Under the pieces are notes generated by a model. It saw only the letters and a program-made list of their open reading frames with translations. It searched no databases and was not told where the DNA came from. Positions 50,120-64,000 of a stretch of 64,000 nt of DNA are shown piece by piece. Each line of letters opens with the position of its first letter. Position 1 is the first letter of the stretch. Source of the DNA: Octopus bimaculoides (Eukaryota); assembly GCF_001194135.2 (NCBI RefSeq), contig NC_069003.1, forward strand, positions 1,841,658 to 1,905,657, in the 5' to 3' direction. A program made the translations under genes and the position numbers.

Positions 50120-52771
50120 CACCACACAGATATGTATGTACGGGTGTGTGTATGCATACATGAATGATTATTCATGTGAAAATATGAGCATGCATACATA
50201 TGCATATATGTATGTATGTATGCATCCGTTTATATCCCCAGGGAGTGAGAGGGTGAGAGAAGGAAAATATATGTAATCGGAGAAGAAGAAGAATACGACG
50301 ACGATGATGATGATAATGATGATGATAATGATGACGATGATGAAGATGAAGATGATGAAGAAGATGAAAAATATTTACGTAGAACAGTTTTTGAGGAAAG
50401 AAAATTACAATCTTCGTCCGACATACCCAATATTTCTGTTTTTGTTTTTTGTATGAAAAGATGAAATATATCACCTACAATAACTACCCGATTTCACCAG
50501 TTATCGAAACATTTGGGTCTGTTGTGAAATTCCATTTAAATCAGTTACAGGTGTAACAGAAATATCCTAAATCCTAAACAACATGCGTATCAGTATTAAT
50601 ATAAAACTAATGCCAATTTTGCGACGCATTTAATCTCTTAGGACCAAATACAGGCTATTAATAGCGTCGATCAGCGGATTTTTTATGAAACCTATTACCA
50701 AATTGAGTCTAAGATGCCCTTCTGCACATGTTTAGTTTTTTTCTGTGTGTTTGTATCGCGTTGCGTGTCACATATGATCGATGAAATTCACCCAAGCTCT
50801 ACAAAAACCAATCGTCTTCCACACTTGAGGTATTTTTCTTGTTGCCATTTCACTTCATAATTTACATAAACAGCATCTGAAATGTCATACCATGCATCAA
50901 AATAAATATTTTGCAAAGTTGTTCCCTGTTTCAGATATTCATAGCAGTAATATATTACCGTATGACGTGTCAATCGCAAACACTTTTCAGAAAAAGTTAA
51001 ACTATATATACAGATAAATGTGGAAAAATAGGATTGCAACGAATATGGGTGAAATTGTTGATCTTAAACAGTTATATTTTCCTCCCATATCATAGGCTGT
51101 GAAGTAACTGTAAATTACATGCAAAGCAACGATAAAAGGGATATGGCTTGCAGCTTTAGCTCTTGGATCCCCAATAATCTCCGCTTCAGAAATTGAGATA
51201 TTTTCATCTTTTTACTTTGTATATTTTCACATTCTGAACTATAACATTATACCTTCCGGTGGTATTTCTAAGGCAAGGAATTTTATGTTATTGGAACTAC
51301 GTCACGCGAGCCATTGATTCTTGATATTTTCGTAAACCATTCCCATTGTACACTCTGTGAACGTTTCATCATTTATAAAAGATTGACAAATATTTTCAAC
51401 ATTGCCCCCAAAACTTGGTAGACACTATTTTGTTTTAAATCCCTCAAGGCTAGGAAACTGTACAATATGTCCCTATAAAATTCATTACTATCATGAAAAA
51501 CTTGTAGGAAGAAATGCTTCACCTGTCAAAATAATCCCCCGATTGGAGTGGACTCTGGTGTTCCAAAGTGTAATTGCATTCCGTAGGATTATGCTTGTAT
51601 ACACCGCAGTTATAATAGAAGTGTTGTCGAAAGTAAAATTGATTGAGACAAAAACATATTTTCGATAATTAACATCATTTTGTACCGTACCATTTATTTA
51701 TTCGGACAGAATCTGACTAAATACTTACTACACCATGTCTTAGAATCTATATTGACTACAGTAACTAATTAAATCTACGGTTGTGCTGCTTTCAACGATC
51801 ACAGTCAAACTAACATCTTGTCATTTTAATTTATATGAATCTACTTTAGATTGCTATTATAGACACAGTACATGTTTACTTTGTTAATATGAGCTGTCCT
51901 GCATATAATTAATTTTAATTTTTATTTACCTCGTAAAGTTACATTGAACATATATTAAATTCTGTGTCAAATATCTCATATTAATTATATTCGTTAGCCA
52001 TTTCTCAGTATCCATAAAGTAACTACTTTTCCTGTCATTCTCTCGAAACTAGTTAATATATTACCCATTACCTTAAACTAACAAATTAATGGATTCTTCA
52101 GTTCAACCTACGTACAATTATATTTAAATTAAATTTATCATCTCGAGATTAATCTCTTTTCTAAATAAGGACTACAACTTCAATATACTAATGGCCTTTT
52201 CTATAGACTTGTAATTTTTACTCCGAAATTCTACCTTTTACATCTAAGCCATTTTCCAGTTTATTTATTTATTTTCACAGAAGTGCTACAATCCATTAAT
52301 GACGTAACCTACATTTTGTCTCACAAGAACGCTGGCCTATTTTGATGTCCATTTACGTCTAACATATTTTTGTTTTTCTTCGAAGTACCATCTCTTAAAA
52401 CATAGATCTAATTATTATTTTACTTTACACGTTTCTGAAATCTCCTAAATCATGAATAATAGATCTGAAACATCTCATGAAGATTATTTATTTCCTTCTA
52501 AATAACTCTTTCAAGTTTTCTCGAAAGTTTCGAAATCATTAGTTCCACCTCTGTTTGTTAGATTCCACACCAACTATCTACGTCAAAAAAGCAGGATTAT
52601 TCCGCCAGAGAGTTATGTCAAACTTATTTCCATATTCTTTATATTGCCGTAGTCCAAAGTAACGTACAATTATTTAATGCATAAAACTATTAATAAATAC
52701 ATTTTTTGAAAACGTCTTAATTTATTTCTTATAAAAATTTCCGTCAAAAACCTTCACCATTAGCATAAATA

Positions 52772-53111
52772 CGACTTATTCTTTGTAAGCCTAGTATTAA
52801 TTCTATCGGTCTCCTTTTGCCGAACTGCTAAGTAACGAGGCCGTAAATACATCAACATCGGTTGTTAAGCGATGATGCGGGAACAAACACAGACACACAA
52901 ACACACACACATATATATATATATATATNNNNNNNNNNTATATACAACGGGTTTCTTTTAGTCTCTGTCTTCCAAATCCACTCACAAGTCCTTGATCGGC
53001 ACGAGGCTATAGTAGAAATCACCTGCCCAAGTTGCTACGTCCACGCAGTGGGACTGAACCCGGCCAGAACCATGTGTTTGGTAATCAAGCCACTTACCAC
53101 ACAGCCACTCC
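52772..53111 (-). mobile_element. SINE family 3, near full length
   Basis: Reverse complement of the head (gcagtgggactgaacccgg...cttaccacacagccactcc) and body, with an internal (CA)/(TA)n and a 10-N gap. Confidence 0.85.
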
Positions 53112-54599
53112 AGTGCTTTTATATATATATATATTAACAATTTTTTTCAACAAATCAAAGGGTGATGTTAATGAAAATGGTGACGATGATGATAACGAAT
53201 ATGTTAATGACGATGGTGATGATTTTGATGAGCAGAACAATATTAACCAAAAGCATTTTAAAGGCGTCAGTTTAAAAACAGGAAGGAAGAAGAAGTCACG
53301 ATGAAGACAAGTGGAGTTTAGAGGTGGCGAAGAATTCTGGCAAACCATTGTAGACGTCATCACATATTTAAAGAACTGTGGACATTGCAATGTTATATGT
53401 GATTCTGCATGTCTTTAATAATGACATTTTCAAGAAGTCGGTGCTTATTACAACTAGAACCATGCTAAGGTTTTGGCTGCAGGCCAAAGCATTTAGGCAG
53501 ACAGGCTATTTTAAAACGATGCCAGAATATATAACAAAAAACAAAGAAAGTAAAAAAAAAGTGTGAAATGAGACATTTACAGGTTCAGAAGGTAGTTATT
53601 AACAAGGCAACCGATATTAACTATGACAACATAACATAACAGCAATGATAATACATTTAAGAACAACTATTCTGTTGTTCATAACGATAATTATGAGGAA
53701 GGTAACGATTTTAATCTGCCCTAGCAAAATAATGCTAAACCTTCATTAAGAATATGTTTATACAATTATAAATATGTTATATATATATATATGCAGTAAA
53801 TGTTTAACAAGACCGAAATTTCACGCTATTACCTCTAACTGATTTCTCTGTTAGCTAATTTAAACCCTTTGTTGCTAAGATTTTGTCGTAATTTCTGCGA
53901 AATTTCACAGAGAATATTATTGCATTCTGATATCAATTGCACAGGAATATCAGAAAAATTATAAGGCTAACCACTGCTTTATTCCATCGGGGATGTTTCA
54001 CATTCAGGAGTCGCCAGTGTAGATCGGTCATTACAGTACCAAGGAATTGTGCAATTAATGGCCAATACACGTGAACTAAACAGATTAATATGAACGGACA
54101 GCCTACAGAAATCCAATAATTGTGTCGAACCTTTAGACTCTGCAGTCGTCTGACCGTTTAGTGCCATACCATTTCAAAGATCTGTCATGTTTTATGTTTG
54201 TAAATCGTTGGATAATATAGAACCAAGTAATAAGATTTTACATCGATGTCATGCGTTGAAGGCATTTTATCAAGAAAATGTTTCCTTAGAAATTAGTCTT
54301 ACACTGAATCAAGAAATGTAGGTACAAGTGGTAAAGGTAGACAGAAGAAACGGTAAAAGATAAATGATTTTGGAATAGCCTAGCCTAGCCTGCATAATAT
54401 GAAACAGGATGAACTGATATGGCGGAACACAAAGGAGAAAACCGTACTGATTTTAAAAAATGTAAAATCCAAAGACCTACACTGCTATAAAAAAAAAGAT
54501 GAAAACAACCATTAGAGCGGACAAAGTTAGAATACATGGAACTAAACAGGAAGGCATCTTCTATTCTGAAAGAAATCTAATCGAGATACTTGTGTTTGG

Positions 54600-54860
54600 G
54601 GATAAGTTTTATCGGATGATGTGGCTAGATCTGCAGACATGAATATAATGTTAAAAAACAAAAAAGGAGAAAATAGAGAAATATGACGATTTGGATTGGG
54701 AAATACGACGACAGAAAAGTAATCCCAGTTGTTAAAGTTACCGTAGCTAACGTAACTAACAAATTCAATACTTCACTTGTTTGAGAGTTTTGTAACTACC
54801 TGAGATGCTTTAATTCAGAAATTTGCTTTATTAGGAACAGTGCGGACTGTATATCAGGAA
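54600..54860 (+). mobile_element. R4/Dong-like LINE fragment A (REL endonuclease C-terminus, pseudogenised)
   Basis: Manual translation across frameshifts: DVARSADMNI..KEKIEKYDDLDWEIRR..KVIPVV..IQKFALLGTVRT. This resembles the RLE-type C-terminal pattern D-x-A-x-P-x-D...EK..KY..L..EI...V.P.V.G.LG...LQK..LLGT.R. Confidence 0.75.
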
Positions 54861-54899
54861 ACCTGTCGCAACTTGGTATCAAGGGCATTGGTGCAGGAA

Positions 54900-55305
54900 T
54901 AATACTACTAGCAGGGGGGGGGACACTTGATATGAGATAAGGAAGAAAGGAAATTTGAGAGATATGAGAGGTTAGCTTGATAATTTAAGCAGTTGAGGTC
55001 GATGAAAAATGTAGCAGTAGTACCAATAATTGTCGGAGCCCTGGGAACAGTGAGTACAAATCTCGAGAAGCACGCGGAACAAATAGGGGCTGCAATAAGG
55101 GTGGAGCACTTGCAGAAAGTAGCACTGCTCGAATACTCTAGAAGGTGCTCGAAAAATAAGGTGTCACTTTAGTTCACTGGTAGTGAACAGCTGACACTGT
55201 AGTACATCTCCAACGTTAGAAGCTGTACAAAGGCAATAACAAGAATAAGAAGAAGAAAAAGAAGACCAACAACAACAACTACTACTACTGCTGCTGCAAC
55301 AACAT
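54900..55305 (+). mobile_element. R4/Dong-like LINE fragment B (REL C-terminus, 3' UTR and trinucleotide tail)
   Basis: GD..DKEERKFERYERLA**FKQLRSMKNVAVVPIIVGALGTVSTNLEKHAEQIGAAIRVEHLQKVALL/RIL*KVLEK*, with the stop at about 55157-55159. The 3' UTR ends in an AAT/AAG/AAC/TAC/TGC repeat tail. Confidence 0.88.
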
Positions 55306-56336
55306 AATTTGGAAAATGAGTAATTGGACAGCAGCTGAATCTGATGGCGTTCAGACGTATTGGATAAAGAATCTGACAGGTTGCCGTAAAAAGAATAACA
55401 TAACAGATTAATGCACTGATCAAAGAGAATGAAGAAATTCTTGAATGGATAGCAACTGCAAGAAAATTACTCTTTTTGAAGGATGCTTCAAAACTTAAAT
55501 GTTGTGGACAATTACAGATCCAATTCATTCCTTCGAATGATGTGGAAACTGATCACTGGCATAATCGCCGATGGAATAATGTTATACATTTCTGCTGTGT
55601 GTTAACGGAATTCTACCTGTTGGAGAGCAGGGTTCTAAATCGAATTACTGTGACACTAAAGACAATTTACTCAGCTAATTTGGTGATGAAAGTTTCTAAG
55701 TGAAAGAAGACGAATTCTAGAATGGCCTGGATAGATAATTGCAAAGCCTTTGATATGGTACCCTATTCATGGACCATTGAATGCGTCAATATTTTGGGAA
55801 TTGCAAAGAATGTAAAGAGTTGTTTTTGATAAAAAGGCATGAGAATATTAAAACCTGAGCTCACATCTTGTGGAGTTATGGAGAGAAAGTAGGAACTTTA
55901 AGAATCGAGAGATCGATCATTTAAGGTAGAAGAATCTCCGTTTACTATTTCTCTTATGCATGATGCGATAACGTTGTTGCTGAGGAAGGTAAGACCTGGA
56001 TGAGTTTCAAGGAAAACAGCACAGACTCAATCATCCGTTAATTATAGATGAATGTAAGCTGTATGGTAACGATGAAGCTGAAGTCAGCACATTGCTTTAT
56101 CAAAGAAGATAATACGGAATTTGGCATAAAATATTATGGATCAAAATTCCCGACGAGAGAGAATGGCGACAGACTTGAAGGGCAAATCATGAAAATCATC
56201 GATAATTATATACCTAGGTTTAGTGGACATGCATGAGGTTGTTAGACGAAGAAATGAAGTAAAATTTTACGGAAAAGCATCTGCGAATACGTACACCACA
56301 GCTGCGATCAAAACTGAATGGAGAAATAAGAAGACT
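55306..56336 (+). pseudogene. R4/Dong-like reverse transcriptase remnant (fragment C)
   Basis: Broken-frame translation: KMSNWTAAESDGVQTYWIKNL, VVDNYR..MWKLITGIIAD, MAWIDNCKAFDMVPYSWTIEC, LNHPLIIDECKLYG (catalytic MDD decayed), EDNTEFGIK, KTEWRNKK. Several stops and frameshifts. Confidence 0.88.
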
Positions 56337-56337
56337 T

Positions 56338-56443
56338 ATAGAGCTATAATAGAAGACTTTTGCCCGAGGTGCCACGTAGCGGGTATGAACCCGAAACCAT
56401 GTGGCTGGTAAGCAAGCTCCTTACAACACGGCCCATCGTGCCC
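56338..56443 (-). mobile_element. SINE family 3 head, truncating RT fragment C
   Basis: gctataatagaagac..gcccgaggtgccacg...gaacccgaaaccatgtggctggtaagcaagct. Confidence 0.8.
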
Positions 56444-56444
56444 C

Positions 56445-56477
<33 letters not shown>

Positions 56478-58299
56478 GTCTGTCTGATAGATAGACAGAC
56501 AGACAACTTTCTTTATTGGCCACACAGGGCGGAACATACAGGGGACAAATACAATGTAGAGTTTTTCTTTTCGAGGTGTCCGTTGTAGCAGTTGACGGTG
56601 GAGTCGTCGTAGTGGTAGTGGTGGTATTTTCATTTTTCTGAGGTCGACGGCTTTGCGACGACATCGCTGTTGTGGTGGCGGTGCTGGCATTCACGCGTAC
56701 ACTTGCACCTGTTTGTGTGAAACTTCTCTCCCCTCCTTCCTCCTTCATGAAGCTGTGGTGTAGGGAGTGTAAAGAAATCAAGGTCAAACGATTGGCCATG
56801 GAGACCGGCGTTCGTTACAAGACCGTATCCATGGCTTCAAGGCACCATTCTCAAAACCAAAAATGGCTAAGGAAGCCGAAAAGAAATTCACGAAATCAGG
56901 AAACACGCCACGCGGGGCAGGTTTCCCGTGCAAATAATTTGCAGAACCGAATGTATTAGTTGTGGCACAACTTTTACATAAACAAAGAATATTATACAAT
57001 TCACAACTTTTGAAGGCAACAAAAAGCAAACTTGCTAAAGAGACAATGTGACTATCGTCCGTTCATAAGATAGATAGATAGAGAGAGAGAGAGAGACAGG
57101 CAGATACCTAGATAGATATATATACATACAGAAAGATAGATAGATAGATAGATGCTAAATCACTGGAGATCTTGTCAAAGTATTCCTAGCCAAAATAAAT
57201 TTAATATTCTACTTAAATGTATTCAGAGCTCCTTTAGTTACTGTTTGATTGTTGTTATCTTTTAGTATATGTGTAGCAAAAACACACACACATATATATT
57301 TTCATATAGATACATATATATATATATATATATATATATCTTATCAAACAGATATAAACGATCGTATATAGGGGAAGACACACATATGTATTTGCATACG
57401 GCGAAGAGAGGGAGTTAGAGAAAGACAATGTTGCAAAGCTATAGCAAAGAACATAAATAATTGAATTGGTCATAGAAACCACCAAGATTGAAATCAATTT
57501 ACTTTTACTGCAGTCTTTCTTCTCTCCATATATTCACATGGAAGATATATTCAGAGAGAAGCCAGAAGCTATTTCATATATAGATACATACGTACACACA
57601 TACAAAACTTACACACTCGCACAGCTTATATGCATAAATGGGAAGACACATATGGAAGTATATACACATAAAAGTACGTCTCTCTAGGCCATAGCAAATG
57701 AAATAAAATCGTTTCAATGAAGACTTTCTCTTAATAAAAGCTATCACAACAAACATTCCGAAATATATTACTGTGTCCAGAAGTAGCCGTGTTGTAATGA
57801 AAATTCAGATTGCTCTGTGTTTGTTGTCTTTTGTATATAGACCTTACACACACACACGTATGAATGCAATACTCTCTATTCAGCTTCGGTCTTTTCTCCT
57901 TTAGTTGCATTTATTTNNNNNNNNNNNNNNNNNNNNNNNNNNNNNNNNNNNNNNNNNNNNNNNNNNNNNNNNNNNNNNNNNNNNNNNNNNNNNNNNNNNN
58001 NNNNNNNNNNNNNNNNNNNNNNNNNNNNNNNNNNNNNATATATATATATATATATAAACATATAGACACATTTAAGCATGTATGCTTGAATGTATATACA
58101 TGTGTTTCATATGTACGCATACACAAATGCGTGTTGGAGGTTATATATCTGTAACTTCCATCTGAATAGAAGTTCAAACAAATATCTGTCTGTGTTTTTA
58201 CAACATCTCCATAACCATATTACATTTACGTTTTGGCTCCTTCATGCAGTGTTTACTTACCTTTGCGTTCGTCCGTATGTCACTACACATACGCAGACA

Positions 58300-58341
<42 letters not shown>

Positions 58342-59109
58342 CTGACAAGAAAGTAATACGATGACGTTTGAAATATTAGAATTTCTTTGTTGATCGACGG
58401 AAATTCTACTCTGTTTTCAAGAAACTGTAACAGTTATTCTCTCGTTTTCAAGTAACCTAGCTTTTCGCATGTATAATATTGTTCTTTAAAAATCTTTTGC
58501 GAAGTGAGATTCTCTAAGTAAAAAGTGGACCAGATGGAAACCTATGATATCGAAATTCCTTTGCAGCAGGAAGTGGGGAAATCTTAGTTAATTTGCAGAA
58601 TGGATTTTGGGAATCAATGTTTAAGGCAATTATGGTTAATTTACTCAGCTGGGATGAATTGTATGTCTAATATATTAAGAGATGCAGCACGGAATTTTGT
58701 CAGTGAACAGGTCACAGTCTCAAAGCAAATTTGGCAAATTAAATTTAAATGTCGAAGTGAATCTAACGGTTTTTGTGTGTTATTCTAAATGGCTTCTAAA
58801 CACCTTCCACGCTGCAATTGTTTTCGTTCCAGCACACGATCTCAGATCAGGTCACTTGCTATACAAATACATCTACGAAATATTAATGTATGTTTTCAGG
58901 TATTTAAAAAACCTCCTTCGGTCATGAATGACCAGGGAATTTCACCTATAATGTTACCCTCCGAGGCACAAATTTGGGCAAGGTCATTTATGGAAGAGAA
59001 GCAGTAGTCGCTAGATTTAATCACCACCAATTATTACAGTATTCAAGACAGACTGCTGACGAGAATGACTGAATTAAGGAATGCAGGATCAGCCTTAACA
59101 CATGAACAA

Positions 59110-59185
59110 CACTTATTTATCGACGGTGAAATCATAAATGGCAAAGTTGCCTTCGGTGGTATTTGAACTCGAAGTAAATTCATCC
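59110..59185 (-). mobile_element. SINE family 2 core fragment
   Basis: ttatttatcgac..gaaatcataaatggcaaagttgccttcggtggtatttgaactc. Confidence 0.65.
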
Positions 59186-60282
59186 GGAAGGTATTATACA
59201 TTATAGTATGTTGGCCGTTTTTACGCCTCGGATATGTCACAGCACCAACTCCAATATATCGTCTTCATTGTTTGAAAAGCGTAGGTGTTTTGTTTGTTGA
59301 CTATCATTTTCGAGTGGCAACGGAACGAATATTAGAAAGGAAAGAACCGAATCAGATTCTGTAACGACTATCAGACAACAGTTTAGAAGCTCCGACAATC
59401 CACTCGCTTTGAGTGGCACTTGTTTCATCCATTGTATAAGGAAAATGGCAAAGTGGAATTATGCCGAGTATGAATTCGAGAATTAGGGAGTCGGAACAGA
59501 ATTTGTGAATCATTTTATCCGTCATTCAAACAACACTACCAAATAAGTTGCAGCTTGTAAATAATAATATTCTGGCATTTTTTCTAACATACATTATTTT
59601 GGACAACTTTATCCACTTCTAATACAATTTACAATTCGCTTCTACTCAGAGGTCCACAATCTGTCGACGTGTTTCCTTCAAACGGATATTATTATACCCG
59701 TTTGATTTAAACCGTGGTAACGTAGGGTAGGTACACATAGTTAAGAGCAGGAATCGATATATGACAGCTGTATCTGGAAAATATTTTCATTTCCGTTCTA
59801 CGCTATTAAATTTCAACGTTTTACTCACATTCAGATTAAGTTTGAAGAAAATATATTCTACAGTTCATAATATTATTACACTAACACAAAATAAACAAAT
59901 AAATAGCGTTGTGTTATATTTATATAACATGAGAAGCAAGCGTATAAGACCTACAGATGCAATGTTCCAATAAGCGAGTTGCTCAAACGAAATATAGAAA
60001 TTTCCATTGATGTAAAATTCATTATCTGAAAAATAGATTCTTTAGAGAGATAGGGAATTAATCAAGACTTATGATATAGATTATTTTCACACCTGCTGCC
60101 AACTAAATATTTGTCTTCCAGTATCGAACATTCCGATATTGCCGCAATATAGTTCAAGGAATTTAATCAATCATTTCTAATTCCATATATGACCTCCTGG
60201 ATAATTCTAAATTATTTTTGTGTATACTTATCAGCCGATATATCTCTCTCACCCCCTTACGTCGGATTCTGTCTTCATATTA

Positions 60283-60388
<106 letters not shown>

Positions 60389-61405
60389 CATATACACACA
60401 CACACCCGGCATCACATACATATACATACGTGCGCACATATATATTTATATAAATATATATATATATATTATATATGCACGTATATATTTGTGTATATAC
60501 GTATGTATACTTATGCATATGTATGTATGTACGTACGTATGTATGTATGTATGCGAATGTGTGTGTATTAGATATATACCTACATAGACAAATTTGTGTG
60601 TGCTTGTGAGTGTGTACCTGACTTATTTAAATATTATTCTTGAAATAATTTACTTTTAAGTAAATAAGGAACAGCAGTAAAAGTGAAATTGCGAAAAATA
60701 CGGTATTAGTTTAACGACTGAGAACATTCAAATCTCTTGCGAGTACGTTCGCACTCGCAACAGATACATACGTGCACACACAAGGATAATCATACATATC
60801 TACATACATATAAGAATGATAATAATAATAATACACACACACACACATATATATATATACATACATACACACACACGCACATATACATATGTAGCTACAT
60901 TGCAATTTAAAATTTTTATATCTTAACTTATTGCATGGTCGGTTCAATCTCTGAAAAGGATAAATGAACTTAATTTTCTCATATTTTGAAATTGTAATGT
61001 TTCTAATGGTTGAGATTCTGAAAGTTGTGGATCATATTTTCGTATGGAACGACGATGATGATGATGATGGTGATAAGAAACGCTTTCTGCATCTGGTGTA
61101 CTGAGAATCATGAAGAACATACGTAGCACTGTTTTACAATCGTTCCTGTATTTATTTCTTCGAACATATGTCAGGCAATATTAATTTTATAGATCTTTTT
61201 TTTTGTTTCTTTTTTGTTTTCTGGACGTCGAATCTTTTCCGCATTGGAATCGGGTGATTCTGAGTCACCTTCCGGGGGATTTAATTGAAGAAATTCATCC
61301 GAGGCTACGGGGAAGCAAGTAGTTTAAGACCGGTTTTCCAGCGATGCGGTTTCAAACACAACGATATTCATAGATGCACACACACACACATACACACACA
61401 CAAAC

Positions 61406-61441
<36 letters not shown>

Positions 61442-61571
61442 TTAAAGATGTATGTATAAAGGTATATATATATATATATGTATATACATACATACATACT
61501 CTCATATATATATATAGATAGATAGATAGATAGATACACATAAAAAGTTACACATACACTCACACACATAT

Positions 61572-61700
61572 GAAGGGCTTCCATAGATGTTCCGTTTACC
61601 AAATTATTCACTCACATGAAATGACCGACGTGGGGCAATGCTAGATACCGTGCAGTGGAATTGAATCCGAAACCATGTGGTTAAGAAAGAGGCATCTGAA
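61572..61700 (-). mobile_element. SINE family 3, decayed 5' half
   Basis: gggcttcc..ttccgtttaccaaat..cactcaca...gcagtggaattgaatccgaaaccatgtggtt. Confidence 0.65.
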
Positions 61701-61904
61701 ATACACACCTAGATTTGTACCTAGTTCTTATATGACATGTTCTTTTCTATTTTTGTTTTTGTCTTTCTTATGCACTTGTTGAAGAGAGAATAAATACTCA
61801 AGGCTTGTAGAATGCTCCTTTACAAAGCTTATCCGTTTGGTCTCATGACATACTCGAATAAATTCAACATTATCAATAAAAACCCACAGCGTTTATAACT
61901 CCAA

Positions 61905-61970
61905 TTTTGACCATTCGACCTTTCAGGTCTTTGAAGTAAGTACCAGTCGAACACTGGGGTCGATGTGAAT
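61905..61970 (+). mobile_element. SINE family 2 core fragment
   Basis: cctttcaggtctttgaagtaagtaccagtcgaacactggggtcgatgt. Confidence 0.6.
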
Positions 61971-62131
61971 ATCACTTACACTTTCCCTTCGAGTTGCTCA
62001 TCTTTCACCCAAATTAAAACTAATGTACACGTACAACTAGTACGGTATGCGTATAAACATTATCTCTGCAATAAATCATCTTGGTTCGCGGTCATTATGA
62101 GCCCGGAACCGAGATTATACACACATAAATA

Positions 62132-62176
<45 letters not shown>

Positions 62177-62332
62177 GAGTGCGTGCAAGTGAGTGTGTCT
62201 GTACATATATCTGTGTGTGTGTTTGTGTGCGTTATACACATACGCACAGACGCACACAGAAATATATATGTGTTGATATGTATATATCTACATATACAGT
62301 ATACATATACAGTGTATGTACATGCCTTGAAC

Positions 62333-62379
<47 letters not shown>

Positions 62380-63074
62380 TGTGCGAGGGAGGGAGATACA
62401 GAAAGAGATAGGTAAAGATATAACCACAAGCGCAAAGACTATAATACTGTCTGCATAACTGCATAACTATAAAATCTGTGATGAGATATTTCTAATATCA
62501 CACGCTATTATTGAATAAGTCTGTGAGGAATTGGTGAAACTCCTGTTGATTTAGAAACATTTGTTGTTAGAGTAATTTCTTCGTTCTTCTTCTATTTACT
62601 TCCCTATGACATGTGATTCTTTAATACAGCCACTAACACATTGTGTTTTAGTGGTGGTGGTGGGTGGGTGCATTGTTATTCTTGTACCTTGTCTCTAAAC
62701 TTTCCAGTTATTACTTCAGACATTATGTCATATTTCCATGTAATTTTCTGTTCCTTTATATTTATACACTGCTTAAACCACTCAGATATCATCTTCTTAC
62801 TCTTCTTTTATATAAGTTTGTCTTATAGAATTTTTTTGTATAGTTGAGTGAGGAATATCTGAAGAATTAAGATATATGAGCGTTTAAAACGTTCAAAGGT
62901 TGTGAGGACATCACAGCGACATAAATTCATATCGTTTTTACTACACGCCTTCGTAATAAATGATATCCATTTTCCTGCCCTTCAACTCGCTCCATTAGCG
63001 GGTGGTATTTCTGATAATATTCTGCTTTGTTCAATGGATCAATGAGGAATTACAGAATTTATATAGATATACAC

Positions 63075-63225
63075 GCAGGCGTGGCTGGGTGGTGAGCAGC
63101 TTGCATCCCAACCACATGGTTCTGGGTTCAGTCTCATTGCATGGTACCATGTGCGAGTGTCTTCTGCCATGATCTTGGACTGTCGTTAGCTTGTGAGTGG
63201 ATATGGTGGACGGTAACTGAAGGAA
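63075..63225 (+). mobile_element. SINE family 3, 5' half
   Basis: gcgtggctgggtggtgagcagcttgc..ccaaccacatggttctgggttcagtc...ttgtgagtggatatggtggacggtaactgaa. Confidence 0.8.
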
Positions 63226-64000
63226 GTGGTGGTGGTCATGCTATTCCATTTACTTTTCCATTCTTTTAGACTGCAGCCGAAGTGGGGCACAATCTTGAAA
63301 AATGTTTAGTCCAATAAATTGTCTACTAAGTATGTAATGATGTGTGGAAACAATTGTAATGATTTGGAATAATGATCGATCTATTTTCTGTAATCAATCT
63401 CTTCATATAATTTCATGATTATTACGGATAACAATCTTGAGAAATTAGGCTTCTCAAAACCAGAAAGGAGGACGCTGATTCGAAGACTACAGATCAAAGT
63501 CATCACTGGAACTGAATATCTGTAAAACGTTGCAGAGGTTTATCATTTAAGTATATATGGGAATGTCTAGATATGTATGAGAAGATATACATAAAACAAA
63601 ACGTACACATCTGTACGTATACATACATACATGCAAATATACCTTGTTGTTGATGTTGAAATTCCAATGAAGGAACCTTGGATCTAAATTTCTGTATTGA
63701 CATGAAATCTTGAAATACAATTGAATAACGATAATACATACATACATATATACATACATACATGCATACACACATACATATATAAATACACAGCAATATG
63801 AATAATTTGAATATAATATATGATTCAAATGAAATGAAAAAATATTTGTATGGATTTATTTTTGGGGACACAACACATACTCTATTTTATGGACAAAGTG
63901 TAGCGTGAGATCCTGTTCTCATAAAACTCCACACCACCAAATGTGATAGCTGTGATGTGTTTAGCAAGACAGTTAGTCAAGAATGCATGTGGAAAGGACG

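Noticed and set aside
58560-58860. Possible hAT transposase C-terminal remnant (FVSEQ...IKFKCRS)
   Set aside because: The resemblance is too weak across frameshifts and no TIRs are visible; it needs a profile search.
60944-61129. His-run ORF on minus and DDDDDDGDKKRF frame on plus (neuropeptide-like)
   Set aside because: Both arise from a (GAT)n microsatellite; there is no signal peptide, amidation Gly or good splice sites.
62061-62122. 14-mers shared with 26760 and 36766, and a modest hairpin
   Set aside because: Several 14-mer matches are expected by chance in 64 kb of AT-rich DNA.

Overview
AT-rich eukaryotic DNA dominated by microsatellites and dispersed repeats, with 14 N-gaps (about 4 kb, mostly flanked by (TA)n or (CA)n). 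The repeat landscape looks like a coleoid cephalopod (Octopus-type) short-read scaffold; this is an inference from remembered repeat motifs, not a search result. No intact protein-coding gene, rRNA, tRNA gene or CRISPR array can be supported, and almost all supplied ORFs are microsatellite or N read-throughs. What can be supported: (i) more than 20 copies of about three tRNA-derived SINE families, one full-length with an 11-bp TSD; (ii) a tandem stack of decayed R4/Dong-like non-LTR retrotransposon fragments (about 54.6-56.3 kb); (iii) a probable non-autonomous Helitron (45.6-47.3 kb, minus strand) carrying an internal ~253-bp repeat; (iv) a heavily decayed Penelope-like element ending in a hammerhead-ribozyme-like motif (1.7-2.6 kb); (v) a near-perfect 8 x 25-bp minisatellite; (vi) a ~380-bp gap-centred palindrome and several compact hairpins; (vii) a few orphan exon-like segments that cannot be joined into a gene. 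I found no convincing novel multi-gene system; the interesting signals concern repeat biology and RNA structure.
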